Part shown: one piece after another, positions 50,600 through 61,059 of the stretch | Position numbering within the stretch: the stretch's first letter is position 1 | Layout: each line of letters begins with the position of its first letter | Source of the DNA: an uncultured Spirochaetota bacterium | Lineage (GTDB): Bacteria; Spirochaetota; Spirochaetia; SZUA-6; Fen-1364 | NCBI GenBank assembly: GCA_963820525.1 | Contig: CAWGAA010000001.1 | Location: 1-64,000 of the forward strand | DNA length: 64,000 bases | Direction of reading: 5' to 3' | The notes under the pieces: model-generated | The model's input: the letters and a program-made list of their open reading frames with translations, nothing else | Databases searched by the model: none | Told to the model about the DNA's origin: nothing | Translations under genes and position numbers: made by a program

Positions 50600-51798
50600 G
50601 CAGTTTTCTCTCTCAAAGGCCTCGGGGTGAGGAGCCGCACAAGGCCGCCCATCAGGATGTCGGTGAGGATCGCCATGGCGATGACGGGCAGGGTGCCCAG
50701 AAGAATCATGTCCATTGCGTACTGGCCGAGGCCCTGGAAGATGAAGACCCCCAGGCCTCCGGCTCCTATCAACGCCGTAACCACGACGTTTCCGACAGCC
50801 TGGACCGCTGCCGTCCTCACGCCCGCCAGGATCACGGGAGCGGCCATGGGAACCTCGACGCGGAGGAGCAGCTGGCCCCGGGACATTCCCATTCCCGTGC
50901 CCGTTTCCCGCAGGCTTGCCGAGATCCCGTGAAGCGCCGTATAGGCGTTTCGCGCCACCGGGAGCATTGCATAAGCGGTGAGGGCCAGGATAGCGGGAGC
51001 CGGCCCGATCCCGCTTATCCCCAGGCGGGCCAGAAGGGGGAACCGCTGGGAGAGGGCGGCAAGCGGCAGGATCAACAGGCCGAAGAGGGCAAGGCTCGGA
51101 ATCGTCTGCACGATGTTCAGCAGGAAAAAGCCGACGCGCCGAACCGTGGTGAACCTGAGCGCGAGCACCCCGACGAAGATCCCGAACGCTGTGCCGAAGA
51201 GAACCGAAGAGCCGGCGAGGGCGGCATGGGCCGCGGTCTGGTCGAGGAAAGTCGCGCTCTGGATCGAGAACTCTCGAAGGATGGAAACCGAATCGAGAAA
51301 CCCCGTGAGGAGGAGAACCGAAACGAGGACAGGGACCGATGCGGAGAGAAGCCGATTGAGGACGGCGGCTTTGCCGCCGAGCTTCTGCGATGCGGTGAGG
51401 AACGACGCGTAGCTGGCGATCACGGTTATCCAGAACCCCGATGAAAGCGAGACGCGCGCCACCTCATCGGCGCCCGCCAGCCTGCGGGAAACGACCCCCG
51501 CCGCGATCAGCGCCGCCGAAGGCGCAAGGACCGAAGCGAAGACGCCTGCGTGTCTGCGCAGTCTCTCAGCCATGGGGATCGCCTCGCAGAGGATGACGAT
51601 GGCCCAGGGGAGGCAGATCGCGGCGGCCAGCAGCGCGTCGTTTCGGGCAAGGAACAGGGGCATGCCCTGCGCGATCCGGTTCGGTCGTATGCTCGCGAAG
51701 GGGAGCGCGAGCGGCGCCGCAAGCCCCACCGCCGAGAAAATGAGCATCGGGACGCCGACGGCGTCACGCAAGGTTCGGCGGATCGGCTCGGTCCCCAT
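50596..51798 (-). CDS. Osmoprotectant-type ABC permease (YehY-like)
   Basis: PNRI N-terminus, QTIPSLALFGLL, GISGIG and GAGGLG motifs. Confidence 0.88.
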   Translation of the reverse strand: MGTEPIRRTLRDAVGVPMLIFSAVGLAAPLALPFASIRPNRIAQGMPLFLARNDALLAAAICLPWAIVILCEAIPMAERLRRHAGVFASVLAPSAALIAAGVVSRRLAGADEVARVSLSSGFWITVIASYASFLTASQKLGGKAAVLNRLLSASVPVLVSVLLLTGFLDSVSILREFSIQSATFLDQTAAHAALAGSSVLFGTAFGIFVGVLALRFTTVRRVGFFLLNIVQTIPSLALFGLLILPLAALSQRFPLLARLGISGIGPAPAILALTAYAMLPVARNAYTALHGISASLRETGTGMGMSRGQLLLRVEVPMAAPVILAGVRTAAVQAVGNVVVTALIGAGGLGVFIFQGLGQYAMDMILLGTLPVIAMAILTDILMGGLVRLLTPRPLREKTA

Positions 51799-51816
51799 TG
51801 CGTCCTTGAAGCGGAC

Positions 51817-52758
51817 CTAGTTCGCCGCCCTTTTCAGGAAGCCCTTCGACGCGAGGTAGCTCTGCGCGACGGCGTCCGGGCTCTCTCCGTTCACGGCGAT
51901 CCTCGCGTTCAGGCTTTGAAGGGTCGTGAGGTCGAGCGAGAGGAAGACCGGCTTCAGGATGTCGGCGACGGACGGGTAGCGGCCGAGGGTATCCTGTCTG
52001 ATGATCGGAGTCGGCTCGTAGACGGGCTGCACCCCCTTGGTATCCTTCAAGACCTGAAGCCCCAAAGCGAACAGGTCGCCGTCGGTGCCGTACGCCATGG
52101 CAAAGTTGACACCATCCGTCCCTCGCGCGGCTGCGGTTTCGGTAAGCGCCGTGTTGCCCCCCGAAAACGAGATGATCTGGTCGTTCTTGAGGGTGAAACC
52201 GTATGCCTTCTGGAACGCGGGAAGCGCATCCGGCCGGGTAATGAACTCTTCCGAAGCGGCGAGCTTGATCGCTCCGCCTCCGTTCACGAAGCGCGCCATG
52301 TCGGCCAGAGAAGCGAGCTTCTGCTTGGCGGCGAGGTCCTTCCTGACCGCGATGGCCCATGTGTTGTCCGCGGGAGCCGGCGTCAGCCAGACGATCTTAT
52401 TCTGATCCAGGTCGAGCTTTTTAACCGCCGCGTATCCCTTGGCCGCGTCCTTCCAGGCGTTGGGGTCTGTTCCGGAGAAGAAGAATCCTCCATTGCCCGT
52501 GTACTCGGGGTAGATATCGATCTCTCCCGCCATGATCGCCTTTCGAACGACATCGGTGGTTCCGAAACCCGAACGGTCCGTGACGGGAATCCCGTTGGCC
52601 GCCAGAAGCTTCACGATCATCTTGCCCAGGAGGGAACCTTCAGTATCTATTTTCGAGCCGACCACCACGGGCGGGCCGGCCTTTGCATCCGCCGCGAATA
52701 CCGCGCCCGAGACGGCCAGCATAATGCACAACGTCCCGATGAATATTCTTTTCGCCAT
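51817..52758 (-). CDS. osmF: Osmoprotectant ABC substrate-binding protein (OsmF/YehZ-like)
   Basis: VGSKIDTEG, DIYPEYTG, NTWAIA, AMAYGTDG and QPVYEP motifs. Confidence 0.88.
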   Translation of the reverse strand: MAKRIFIGTLCIMLAVSGAVFAADAKAGPPVVVGSKIDTEGSLLGKMIVKLLAANGIPVTDRSGFGTTDVVRKAIMAGEIDIYPEYTGNGGFFFSGTDPNAWKDAAKGYAAVKKLDLDQNKIVWLTPAPADNTWAIAVRKDLAAKQKLASLADMARFVNGGGAIKLAASEEFITRPDALPAFQKAYGFTLKNDQIISFSGGNTALTETAAARGTDGVNFAMAYGTDGDLFALGLQVLKDTKGVQPVYEPTPIIRQDTLGRYPSVADILKPVFLSLDLTTLQSLNARIAVNGESPDAVAQSYLASKGFLKRAAN

Positions 52759-52870
52759 TCAATCCTCCTTCGCGCCGCCGGGAAACCGGCGCCGCGCTGC
52801 TTATACCTGCATTGGAGAAAAGGTACTGCGGAGATGAGCGGCGGGGAAACAGGAACGGGTGGGACTTCAG

Positions 52871-52941
52871 AGCGCCCGATGGGAGTCGAACCCACGTCAT
52901 GGGCTTGGAGGGCCCAGGTAATACCGTTATACGACGGGCGC
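52871..52941 (-). tRNA. tRNA-Gly(TCC) with C at position 33
   Basis: GCGCCCG/CGGGCGC acceptor stem, U73, TGGGC-CCTCCAA-GCCCA anticodon arm, TTCGACT T-loop; TTGACA-18-TAGACT upstream. Confidence 0.92.
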
Positions 52942-53092
52942 TTGGGTGAAAAGCAGTCTATCAATGGCGCGCTCGGGGTGTCAAGCATCCGGACTGCGGC
53001 ATGCCGGACTGCGGCGGCGCCACCGACGTCCTCCAGCAACAAAGGGCTGCGGCGTTGAACGGGCAGATCCTTTCCTGTATAGTCTCAGGGAT

Positions 53093-53326
53093 ATGGGAAC
53101 ACGGGGAGAGATCTTTTCCTCGAAGGCCAATACGGCCAAGAGGACGTATTTCTTCAATGTCAAGGAAAATCGGACCGGGGATGTCTTTTTGAACATCGTA
53201 GAAAGCAAGAAGCTCGGGGAAGACAACAGCCAGTTCGAGCGGCGCTCGCTCATCGTCTTCAAGGAAGATCTCGAAGTCTTCCTCGAGGCGTTCGACCAGG
53301 CGGTTCATTTCATCAAGAAGAAGTGA
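53093..53326 (+). CDS. PUR-domain (DUF3276, BpuR-like) nucleic-acid-binding protein
   Basis: MGTRGEIFS..RTYFFNVKENRTGD.FLNIVESK..FER; TTGAAC-17-TATAGT upstream. Confidence 0.88.
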   Translation: MGTRGEIFSSKANTAKRTYFFNVKENRTGDVFLNIVESKKLGEDNSQFERRSLIVFKEDLEVFLEAFDQAVHFIKKK

Positions 53327-53870
53327 GGCGGAAGCTCCTGCGGTGGATCGGCGAAATGCCGTAGGCTTCGATGCATCCCCTGTGCTCTCGCGTCGGGTAT
53401 CCTTTATGCCGCTCGAACCCATAGGCGGGCTCGATTCGGGCATATCGCTCCATCCATGCGTCCCGGGATGTCTTTGCGATTATCGAAGCGGCCATGATCT
53501 GCGGAACCGTGGCGTCCCCCTTGACGATTGCCCGCGCCGAAATGCCTACATTGGGCGTGAAAAGGCCGTCCACCAGAAGGAGAGTGGGCTTGCGGGACAG
53601 GCCGCGCACCGCGCGGGTCATGGCGAGAAGCGTCGCCCTATGGATGTTGAGCCGATCGATCTCCTCGGGCCATGCCCAACCCACGGAGATGGCCACGGCC
53701 CGTGAGCGGATGACACAGGCGAAGCGCCCGCGGCACGCGGGTGTAAGCGCCTTGGAATCGGCGAGGAACTCAAGTGGAAAACCCTCCGGCAGGATGACCG
53801 CCGCCGCGGTGACCGGACCGGCCAGGGGACCGCGCCCCGCCTCGTCCACCCCGCATACCAGCTCCTCCAC
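53313..53870 (-). CDS. rnhB: Ribonuclease HII
   Basis: GVDEAGRGPLAGPV, DSK, KGD, AASIIAK, HKGYPT and HRRSF motifs. Confidence 0.96.
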   Translation of the reverse strand: MEELVCGVDEAGRGPLAGPVTAAAVILPEGFPLEFLADSKALTPACRGRFACVIRSRAVAISVGWAWPEEIDRLNIHRATLLAMTRAVRGLSRKPTLLLVDGLFTPNVGISARAIVKGDATVPQIMAASIIAKTSRDAWMERYARIEPAYGFERHKGYPTREHRGCIEAYGISPIHRRSFRLTSS

Positions 53871-54065
53871 TGATAACCCCTTTTTCAGCGTCCTGGCTCC
53901 GCGCGTCTGCGGCGCGCTTGGCCCCAGGGCGGCGGCAGCGGCAGGCGGTGCCGCGCTTCGCGCCGGCGCCGCCGAGCTACCGCGCCGCGGGAGCCGCCTT
54001 GACCCGCCGCGTTATTGCATGCACAATGCGGGAGTCATAGTAACGCAAAGAAACTGGGAGTGGAA

Positions 54066-56891
54066 GTGTTCCTCAAGACCTTAGAGATATTCGGTTTCAA
54101 ATCGTTTGCGGATAAGGTCCGTATCGAGTTCTCCGACGGGGTGGCCGCCCTGCTGGGGCCGAATGGCTGCGGTAAGAGCAATGTCGTCGACGCAGTGAAA
54201 TGGGTCCTCGGAGAGCAGTCATTCAAGTCATTACGCGCTGAAAACATGCAGGACATCATCTTCTCCGGAAGCGACTCGAGGAAGCCACTCAACGTCGCCG
54301 AGGTGAGCCTCCTGCTTTCAAACCAGGACGAGATTCTCCCGCTGGAGCTGCCCGAGGTCTCGATCAAGAGGCGGCTGTACCGGTCAGGGGAGAGCGAGTA
54401 CTACATCAACGGCAACTCGGTGAAGCTCAAGGACGTTCGCGAGCTCTTCTTCGATACGGGCATCGGCAAGTCGGCATATTCGATCATGGAGCAGGGCAGG
54501 ATCGATCAGCTGCTCTCGACCAAGCCGGAAGACCGCCGATACATCTTCGAGGAAGCGGCCGGAATCACGCGCTTTCGCGTGCGCGGCGCCGAAGCGGAGC
54601 GGAAGCTGGAAAAGACCGAGGAGAACATGCGCCACATCGAGGGCATCCTCGATGAGGTGCGCAGGAGCTACAACTCGCTGAAGGCCCAGGCCGAGAAGGC
54701 GGAGGCGTATAGAAAGCTTCGCGAAGAGATCTTCGAGGTGGAGCTGGAGATACAGCTCCTGCGCCTCAAGGGCCTGCTGGAGGACAAGAAGCGCCGGGAG
54801 GCGAGGCTGGACGAGAAGTCGCGCGCCAAGGACACCGTGGCCGCGGAGATGGAGGCGGTGAGCCAATCCATCACGAAGCAGGTGGACCTCGTGAACAGCA
54901 TGGAGTCCCAGCTCGTGGAATCCAACAAGAGGCTCTACCAGCTCGATATGGAGAAAACCAAGCGCGACAGCCAGATCCGCATGTACCGCGAGCGTACGGG
55001 GGAGCTTGAGAGGAGCGCGGAGGCGGAGACGGTCAGGCAGAAGAGCGTGGCCAAGAAAATCGACGATATGGAGGCCGAGAGCCGCGCCAAGCAGGGAAGC
55101 ATGGATGAGCTTACCGCCCGCATCGCGGAGACCGAAGGGAACATCGAAGGCTTCACGACCGACATCGAGAGCTTCGCCCAGAGGGTGCGGCAGAATGAAG
55201 ATGAGGTCCGGGGGAACGAGGCCGAGATCCAGGTGCTCGAGGAAACCCTCGAGCACCTGCGGGACGATCTTCGGGCCATCACGGAAGATATCGTCACCCA
55301 GCTCGATCAGAGGCTGAAGGAAACCGGCTACTCCTCGGCCGAGCGCCGCAGGATAGACCAGGCGGTCGAGGAGACGCTGGGCAGCCTTCGCATCGCCCTG
55401 GGCGGCCGGGCATCGCTTCTCGAAGACGCCGCGGCCGTGGAAAATCTCTCCCGCGCCGAGCGGGAGAAGCTCGTCCAGGCCACCCTCACGGTGATGAAAA
55501 GCTCGCTGGAAAAGCTCCAGGTTCTCGCCGGGCTTCTGGAAGAGCTGCGGAAGTACTCCCCATTGTTCCTCGACGAGTTCCTCGCCCCCGAGGGAATCAT
55601 CACCAAAAAGAGGGAAATCGACAGAAAGATCAACGAGATCCTGGAAGGCATTTCCGGCAGGCGGCAGAAGAACGACTCCCTGCGAACGGAGAACATCGGC
55701 CTGCGGGAAAAGATCGACGAGTACAGGAAGACGCTGGAGAATCTCAAGGTGAACCTGGCGCGCATCCAGACCCAGAAGGCTGGGCTGGAGGAAGAGCTCC
55801 GCCGCCTTTCACGCGAGAGAGCCGAGCAGGAGGCCCTGCTGCGTGAGGCGGCTCAGAGGATCGATGATATCCGCCTCAAGGTGAAGGAGACCGAGGAGAG
55901 GATCACCACGGCAGAGGATGAGCGCCGCCAGATCGAGGAGCAGGAGAAGAGCCAGAAGTCGACGCTCACGGGCCTTGAAGGAGAGATCTCCAGCAAGAAC
56001 AAGGAGCTCGCCTCCAAGGAGCAGGACCTCAAGGAAAAGAGCGCCCAGCTGTCCCACATCCATTCAGAGATGGAGAAGATGCAGATCGAGGTCACCGAGA
56101 TCCGCACCGAGATCAAGGATATGCACGCCAACTTCTCCGAGAGGTTCTCCCGGGATCTTTCCGAGTACGAGACCCGCATCCCCGAGTTGACCCCCAACAA
56201 CGACCTTCGTCCCCGGCTGGCGCAGCTTCGCGAGGATATGAAGAAGCTGGGACAGGTGAACCTCATGGCTACCGAGGAGTTCGCCGAGGTCAAGGACCGT
56301 TTCGATTTTCTCACGAACCAGCTCGAGGACCTCACGCGCGCTCGGGAAGACCTGAAAAAGGTGACCACGGAGATCAAGACCGAATCCTCGGAGCTTTTCC
56401 TCGATACGTATAACAGGATCAAGAAGAACTTCCACACCGTATTCAGGAGACTGTTCGGCGGAGGGCGCGCCGAGCTTCGCCTGGCGGACCCCGACAACAT
56501 TCTGGAGTCCGGAATCGAGATCTTCGCCCAGCCCCCCGGCAAGAAGCTCGAGAATATCAACCTCCTGTCCGGAGGAGAAAAGTCGCTTACGGGGGTCTCT
56601 CTCATGTTCGCCATCTACATGGTGAAGCCGTCGCCGTTCTGCCTGCTGGATGAGATCGATGCCGCCCTCGACGAAGAGAACGTGGGACGGCTTATAAATC
56701 TGCTGAAGGAGTTTTCCTCCAACTCGCAGTTCATTGTGATAACCCATAACAAGAGGACGGTGGCGGGAGCCGACGTGCTCTATGGGGTTACAATGGAGGA
56801 GTCGGGGGTCTCCAAGCTCGTGGCGATACGCCTGGAGAATCGTTCGAAGGACGAGATGGTGGCATCTCCCGCTCCGGCGGGATCTTCTTGA
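54066..56891 (+). CDS. smc: Chromosome segregation SMC protein (short form)
   Basis: GFKSF, GPNGCGKSN, QG, LSGGE, LLDEIDAALD and ITH motifs; long coiled coil. Confidence 0.93.
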   Translation: MFLKTLEIFGFKSFADKVRIEFSDGVAALLGPNGCGKSNVVDAVKWVLGEQSFKSLRAENMQDIIFSGSDSRKPLNVAEVSLLLSNQDEILPLELPEVSIKRRLYRSGESEYYINGNSVKLKDVRELFFDTGIGKSAYSIMEQGRIDQLLSTKPEDRRYIFEEAAGITRFRVRGAEAERKLEKTEENMRHIEGILDEVRRSYNSLKAQAEKAEAYRKLREEIFEVELEIQLLRLKGLLEDKKRREARLDEKSRAKDTVAAEMEAVSQSITKQVDLVNSMESQLVESNKRLYQLDMEKTKRDSQIRMYRERTGELERSAEAETVRQKSVAKKIDDMEAESRAKQGSMDELTARIAETEGNIEGFTTDIESFAQRVRQNEDEVRGNEAEIQVLEETLEHLRDDLRAITEDIVTQLDQRLKETGYSSAERRRIDQAVEETLGSLRIALGGRASLLEDAAAVENLSRAEREKLVQATLTVMKSSLEKLQVLAGLLEELRKYSPLFLDEFLAPEGIITKKREIDRKINEILEGISGRRQKNDSLRTENIGLREKIDEYRKTLENLKVNLARIQTQKAGLEEELRRLSRERAEQEALLREAAQRIDDIRLKVKETEERITTAEDERRQIEEQEKSQKSTLTGLEGEISSKNKELASKEQDLKEKSAQLSHIHSEMEKMQIEVTEIRTEIKDMHANFSERFSRDLSEYETRIPELTPNNDLRPRLAQLREDMKKLGQVNLMATEEFAEVKDRFDFLTNQLEDLTRAREDLKKVTTEIKTESSELFLDTYNRIKKNFHTVFRRLFGGGRAELRLADPDNILESGIEIFAQPPGKKLENINLLSGGEKSLTGVSLMFAIYMVKPSPFCLLDEIDAALDEENVGRLINLLKEFSSNSQFIVITHNKRTVAGADVLYGVTMEESGVSKLVAIRLENRSKDEMVASPAPAGSS

Positions 56892-56934
56892 CGGAGAACA
56901 TCCGCGCTATAATCGAGTCTCGGGAGGGGAATCG

Positions 56935-58398
56935 ATGCGCAGAAAGTCACAGGGATTGACCGTCGCCGTTGCGCTTTTGCTGGCCGCCTGCGTCGGAACG
57001 CCGGCGGGCAAGAATCAAGCCCCGGCGGCGCCGGTCGAGGTGTTCGATATAAGCTCCTACCGCAAAGCCGAGGACAACCTGAGGCGCGCCTCCGCCGACA
57101 TCGGCGCGACGCCTTTTCCCGAGCCTGTTGCAGCCGGCCTCGAATCCGCGGCAGATAACGGCATGCGGGCGGAGGGGACCAAGGATTCGCCTGAGCCCCC
57201 CGAGGTCCTGGGGATATCTCCCATTGGGAGGGAGGGCTCTCCAGCAGTCGAGCTGCCGCTTCCCGCGGCTCCAGCCAAGCCCTCTCAACGCGCCGTGACA
57301 TCTCCCGCTTCGCCCGCGGGAAGGCCGGCGGCCTCTCCCCGGGCTTCGAATCCGTCCACGAGACCCGCCGCGCCGGCTACCGAGCAGAAAAAGACTGTCG
57401 CTCGGCAGCCGGTCACCTCGCCCGCCGCCGCGGTGGATCCCGCGCCCGTCAAACAGGGCGGCTCCAGCGGAGAGGCCCGCCCGGCCCCCCGAGAGATCTA
57501 TGCGCGCGTGGGAGATGAGGTGGAAATTGGGCTTGGGGGCGGGGGGTACGTTTTCCTTGGCTTTCCCGACAGGACTCAAGCTGCCGGGATGTCCTTCAAG
57601 TCCAAGGAGATGCGCGGGGAGAAAACATACTTCAAGTTCAAGGCCTTCGCCATAGGAGCGTACCAGTTGGAGTTCCTCCGGCAGGACGTTTCAAGCGGAA
57701 AGGCAGCAAAGGAAGCCGTTCTCGTCCACGTCGTTTCCGACGATCAGTTCGCCGCCGCAGTGGACAGACAGGCGGCGGGCCAGGCCGCGGAGGCCGGCCA
57801 GACGGATACGGCGGATTATGCGTACGCGGAAAAGCTGGCGGGGCTCGGGAAATACGATGCGGCGCTGGCCGAGTACATGAAGGGGTACAAGGAAAGCGAC
57901 CTCCAGGCGAACGACCGTATCGCCGCGCTGTACGTGCGTACGGGAGACCTCGAAGCCGCTGAAAAATACTATAAGAGGAACCTGGCTTCGCCGGGAGCCT
58001 ATGCGGAGAAGGCAGCCGTCGGCCTTGCCCGAATCGCCTTGCAGAGGCGCGACTCGGCCGTTTTCTTCATCTACCTGAAGCCCATGCTCGCGGTGAAGGG
58101 ACTCGATATCGGGGATGTCCTCATCGATGCGGCGCGCTTTGAAATGGAAAAGGGAGAAATCGCCACCGGCCTGGATCTGCTTTCGGAGTACAGGACCCGC
58201 TACCCTACGGGAGCGCGGGCGGATGAGGCGGATGTCCTCACGGCCCAGCTTCTGGAGGCGGATTCCCCGCAGCGCGACATTCGTCGGGCGCGGGAGCTGT
58301 ACGGCCAGGTGCTCGGCTATTTCCCCGAAAGCCGCTTCGCGGCACTTGCTCGCGACAGGCTGCGCTACATCGAGCAGCACTTCTTCTACGTGCGCTGA
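56935..58398 (+). CDS. Lipoprotein with a Pro/Ala linker and TPR repeats
   Basis: Lipobox LLAAC, PA-rich segment, YPTG/FPES TPR ends. Confidence 0.75.
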   Translation: MRRKSQGLTVAVALLLAACVGTPAGKNQAPAAPVEVFDISSYRKAEDNLRRASADIGATPFPEPVAAGLESAADNGMRAEGTKDSPEPPEVLGISPIGREGSPAVELPLPAAPAKPSQRAVTSPASPAGRPAASPRASNPSTRPAAPATEQKKTVARQPVTSPAAAVDPAPVKQGGSSGEARPAPREIYARVGDEVEIGLGGGGYVFLGFPDRTQAAGMSFKSKEMRGEKTYFKFKAFAIGAYQLEFLRQDVSSGKAAKEAVLVHVVSDDQFAAAVDRQAAGQAAEAGQTDTADYAYAEKLAGLGKYDAALAEYMKGYKESDLQANDRIAALYVRTGDLEAAEKYYKRNLASPGAYAEKAAVGLARIALQRRDSAVFFIYLKPMLAVKGLDIGDVLIDAARFEMEKGEIATGLDLLSEYRTRYPTGARADEADVLTAQLLEADSPQRDIRRARELYGQVLGYFPESRFAALARDRLRYIEQHFFYVR

Positions 58399-58608
58399 AG
58401 GCCGCGGCTCCGGGGCCCCCAGCGCGAGTGGCGAGAGCCCTGGGGCCTCTCGCGCTGGCTGGCAGAGCCAGCCGCACAGTTCGCCTCTCGCGGCGTGCTT
58501 CGCACGCCACTGCAGGCCCGCGCGCGCTACACGCAGCGCGCTTGGCTTGACACGGGCATCCATTCTCATTATATATTGGCCTGTTTCTAGCACGCGAAGA
58601 GACATCCG

Positions 58609-59946
58609 ATGCTTGAGAAGCTGAGCGGCAGACTGACCGACCTGATTCGCCAAATCGGCGGCAAGGCTCACATCTCGGAGAAAAACATCCAGGACGCGAT
58701 CGACGAGATCAAGATCGCTCTCCTGGACGCCGATGTGAACCTGCGCGTCGTGCGGCGGTTCGTCAACCAGACGACGGAGGAAGCCCTGGGACAGAAGGTG
58801 CTTCGCTCCGTGTCTCCGGGAGAGCAGTTTGTCAAGGTGGTCTTTGACAAGATGGTGAGCTTCCTCGGAGGCGAGAGGCAGGATCTCGCGCTGAAAGGCC
58901 CCGACGCGCAGAGCGTGATCCTCCTTCTCGGGCTCCAGGGCTCCGGAAAAACAACCACGGCGGCAAAGCTCGCCGTGCGGCTCAAGGAGCAGGGAAGGAA
59001 GCCGCTCCTGGTCGCGGCAGACCTCCAGCGCCCCGCCGCCGTGGAACAGCTTGCCGTGCTCGCCGGCAAGGCGGGCGTGGATGTGTTCCGGGAGACGGGC
59101 AAGTCGCCCGAAGCGGTCGTGTCCGACGCTCTCTCCCTCGCTCGGCGGGAGCAGTTCACCGCGGTCATCATCGACACCGCGGGCCGGCTCCAGGTGGACG
59201 AGGCGCTCATGGACGAGCTCTCGCGGATACGCGACGTGTGCAAGCCGGACGAGGTGCTCCTGGTGGCGGACGCGATGACCGGACAGAACGCGGCGGAGAT
59301 CGCGAAGGAGTTCGACGCCCGGGTCTCTCTCTCCGGAGTCATTTTGAGCAAATTCGACTCGGACACGAGGGGCGGGGCCGCCCTCTCGATCAAGAGCGTG
59401 ACGGGAAAACCGATCAAGTTCGTCGGAGTCGGAGAGAAGCTCGACGGGCTGGAGGCTTTCCACCCGGACCGGGTCGCGTCGCGGATCCTCGGCATGGGAG
59501 ACGTCGTCACCCTCGTTGAGAAGGCCCAGAAGACCATGGAGATGGGGGAAGCCCTCAAGCTCCAGGAGAAGCTGGAATCGGAGACCTTCACCATGGAGGA
59601 CATGCTCGACCAGTACAGGCGGATGCGAAAGATGGGCAGCCTCCAGTCTCTGGTGGAGATGATACCGGGGCTGAAGGGCCAGGTCTCCGAAGGGCAGATC
59701 GACGAGAACGAGATGAAGCGGGAGGAGGCGATCATCCTCTCCATGACCCCTTCCGAGAGGAAGAACTACAGGATCGTCGGCCCCTCGAGGAGGGCGCGGG
59801 TCGCGCGGGGTTCCGGGACCTCGGTTTTCGAGGTGAACAGGTTCTTGAAGAAATTCGAGAAAACCTGCCTCATGATGAAAAAGATGACGAGGAACAAGAA
59901 ATACCAGGCTCAGGTGCTGTCCCAGCTCGGGGCCGGGAGCCATTAA
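58609..59946 (+). CDS. ffh: Signal recognition particle protein
   Basis: [26 protein letters not shown] and RILGMGD motifs; M domain. Confidence 0.97.
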   Translation: MLEKLSGRLTDLIRQIGGKAHISEKNIQDAIDEIKIALLDADVNLRVVRRFVNQTTEEALGQKVLRSVSPGEQFVKVVFDKMVSFLGGERQDLALKGPDAQSVILLLGLQGSGKTTTAAKLAVRLKEQGRKPLLVAADLQRPAAVEQLAVLAGKAGVDVFRETGKSPEAVVSDALSLARREQFTAVIIDTAGRLQVDEALMDELSRIRDVCKPDEVLLVADAMTGQNAAEIAKEFDARVSLSGVILSKFDSDTRGGAALSIKSVTGKPIKFVGVGEKLDGLEAFHPDRVASRILGMGDVVTLVEKAQKTMEMGEALKLQEKLESETFTMEDMLDQYRRMRKMGSLQSLVEMIPGLKGQVSEGQIDENEMKREEAIILSMTPSERKNYRIVGPSRRARVARGSGTSVFEVNRFLKKFEKTCLMMKKMTRNKKYQAQVLSQLGAGSH

Positions 59947-60022
59947 GACGGAGGCGGAGCCCCGGCGCGCGGCGCGCGTCGGACACGGCCATCCGCCCTC
60001 AAGGACATCAAGGAGGACGCCA

Positions 60023-60268
60023 GTGAGCGTGCGCATCAGGCTGAAGAGGTTCGGGTCGAAGAAACGGCCGTATTACAGGATCGTCGTCGTGGATTCTCGC
60101 AGCCCCCGAGACGGGAGGGTGATCGAGGAAGTCGGCCTGTACCATCCCATCGAGAAAGAGGACAAGCAGGTCGCGCTCAAGGAAGAGCGGATCAAGGAGT
60201 GGCTGGGAAAAGGCGCCACCCCTACGGACGTGGTGAAGAAGATACTCAATCGCAAGGCGAGGAGCTAG
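60023..60268 (+). CDS. rpsP: 30S ribosomal protein S16
   Basis: [30 protein letters not shown]. Confidence 0.97.
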   Translation: MSVRIRLKRFGSKKRPYYRIVVVDSRSPRDGRVIEEVGLYHPIEKEDKQVALKEERIKEWLGKGATPTDVVKKILNRKARS

Positions 60269-60325
60269 GGGGCTCTCGCCGTCTTCCCTGGCCGGGCAGC
60301 AGATACGCGGGTGAAGGAGAGCTCC

Positions 60326-60559
60326 GTGGAAAAAGATCTCGTCGAATATATCGCGAAAACCCTCGTGGATGACCCCAGCGGAGTCGTTGTCAACATGATC
60401 GAGGGAGAGAAGTCCACGATCCTCGAGCTGAAGGTATCGGAAGGCGACATCGGGAAGGTGATCGGCAAGCACGGCCGCATCGCCAAGGCGATCCGCACCC
60501 TCTTGAGCGCCTCGTCCACCAAATCGGGCAAAAGGGTGGTGCTCGAGATCCTGGACTGA
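60326..60559 (+). CDS. khpA: KH-domain RNA-binding protein
   Basis: DIGKVIGKHGRIAKAIR; conserved position between rpsP and rimM. Confidence 0.92.
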   Translation: MEKDLVEYIAKTLVDDPSGVVVNMIEGEKSTILELKVSEGDIGKVIGKHGRIAKAIRTLLSASSTKSGKRVVLEILD

Positions 60560-61059
60560 TGGACCTGATCGCTGTCGGCATCGTGCGGGCGGCCCACGGG
60601 GTGAGGGGGGAGCTGGCTGTGGAAAGCTATTCCGGCAGCCTTGCCCATTTCAGCCGGCTGCGGGCGGCCTCCCTGAGGAAGAAGGGCAGCGAGCGGCTCC
60701 TCGGCATCGAATCGGTGCGCCAGCGCTCAACCGACGTGCTGGTGAGGTTTTCGGGCATCGACACGCGGGAGAAAGCGCAAGCGCTGGCGGGGTTCGAGTT
60801 GTGGGTAGAGAGAGAGCACGCTGCACCGCTCGCCGAGGGGGAGTTCTACGCGGCTGACCTCTGCAAGTGCTCGCTCTATTATGGAGAGCAGCTGATCGGA
60901 ACCGTGCGGTCAGTCGTTGACGCGGGTCCCAACCAGCTCCTCGAAGTGGCGCGGGCGGAAGGCAAGACCCTGCTGGTACCGTTCATAGACCACTTCATCG
61001 CCGAGGTGGACGTGGAGGGGGGGAGAATCTCCCTGCGGGAGGATTACATCGTTCGGTGA
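60559..61059 (+). CDS. rimM: 16S rRNA processing protein
   Basis: AHGVRGE, GEFYAADL and LVPF motifs. Confidence 0.93.
   Translation: MDLIAVGIVRAAHGVRGELAVESYSGSLAHFSRLRAASLRKKGSERLLGIESVRQRSTDVLVRFSGIDTREKAQALAGFELWVEREHAAPLAEGEFYAADLCKCSLYYGEQLIGTVRSVVDAGPNQLLEVARAEGKTLLVPFIDHFIAEVDVEGGRISLREDYIVR

Noticed and set aside
33820..52941. Genomic island bounded by the two tRNAs
   Set aside because: No integrase, no duplicated tRNA 3' end seen, and the cargo looks like native metabolic genes
58400..58608. SRP RNA (ffs) next to ffh
   Set aside because: The conserved helix-8 motif (CAGG..GGAA..AGCA) is not present
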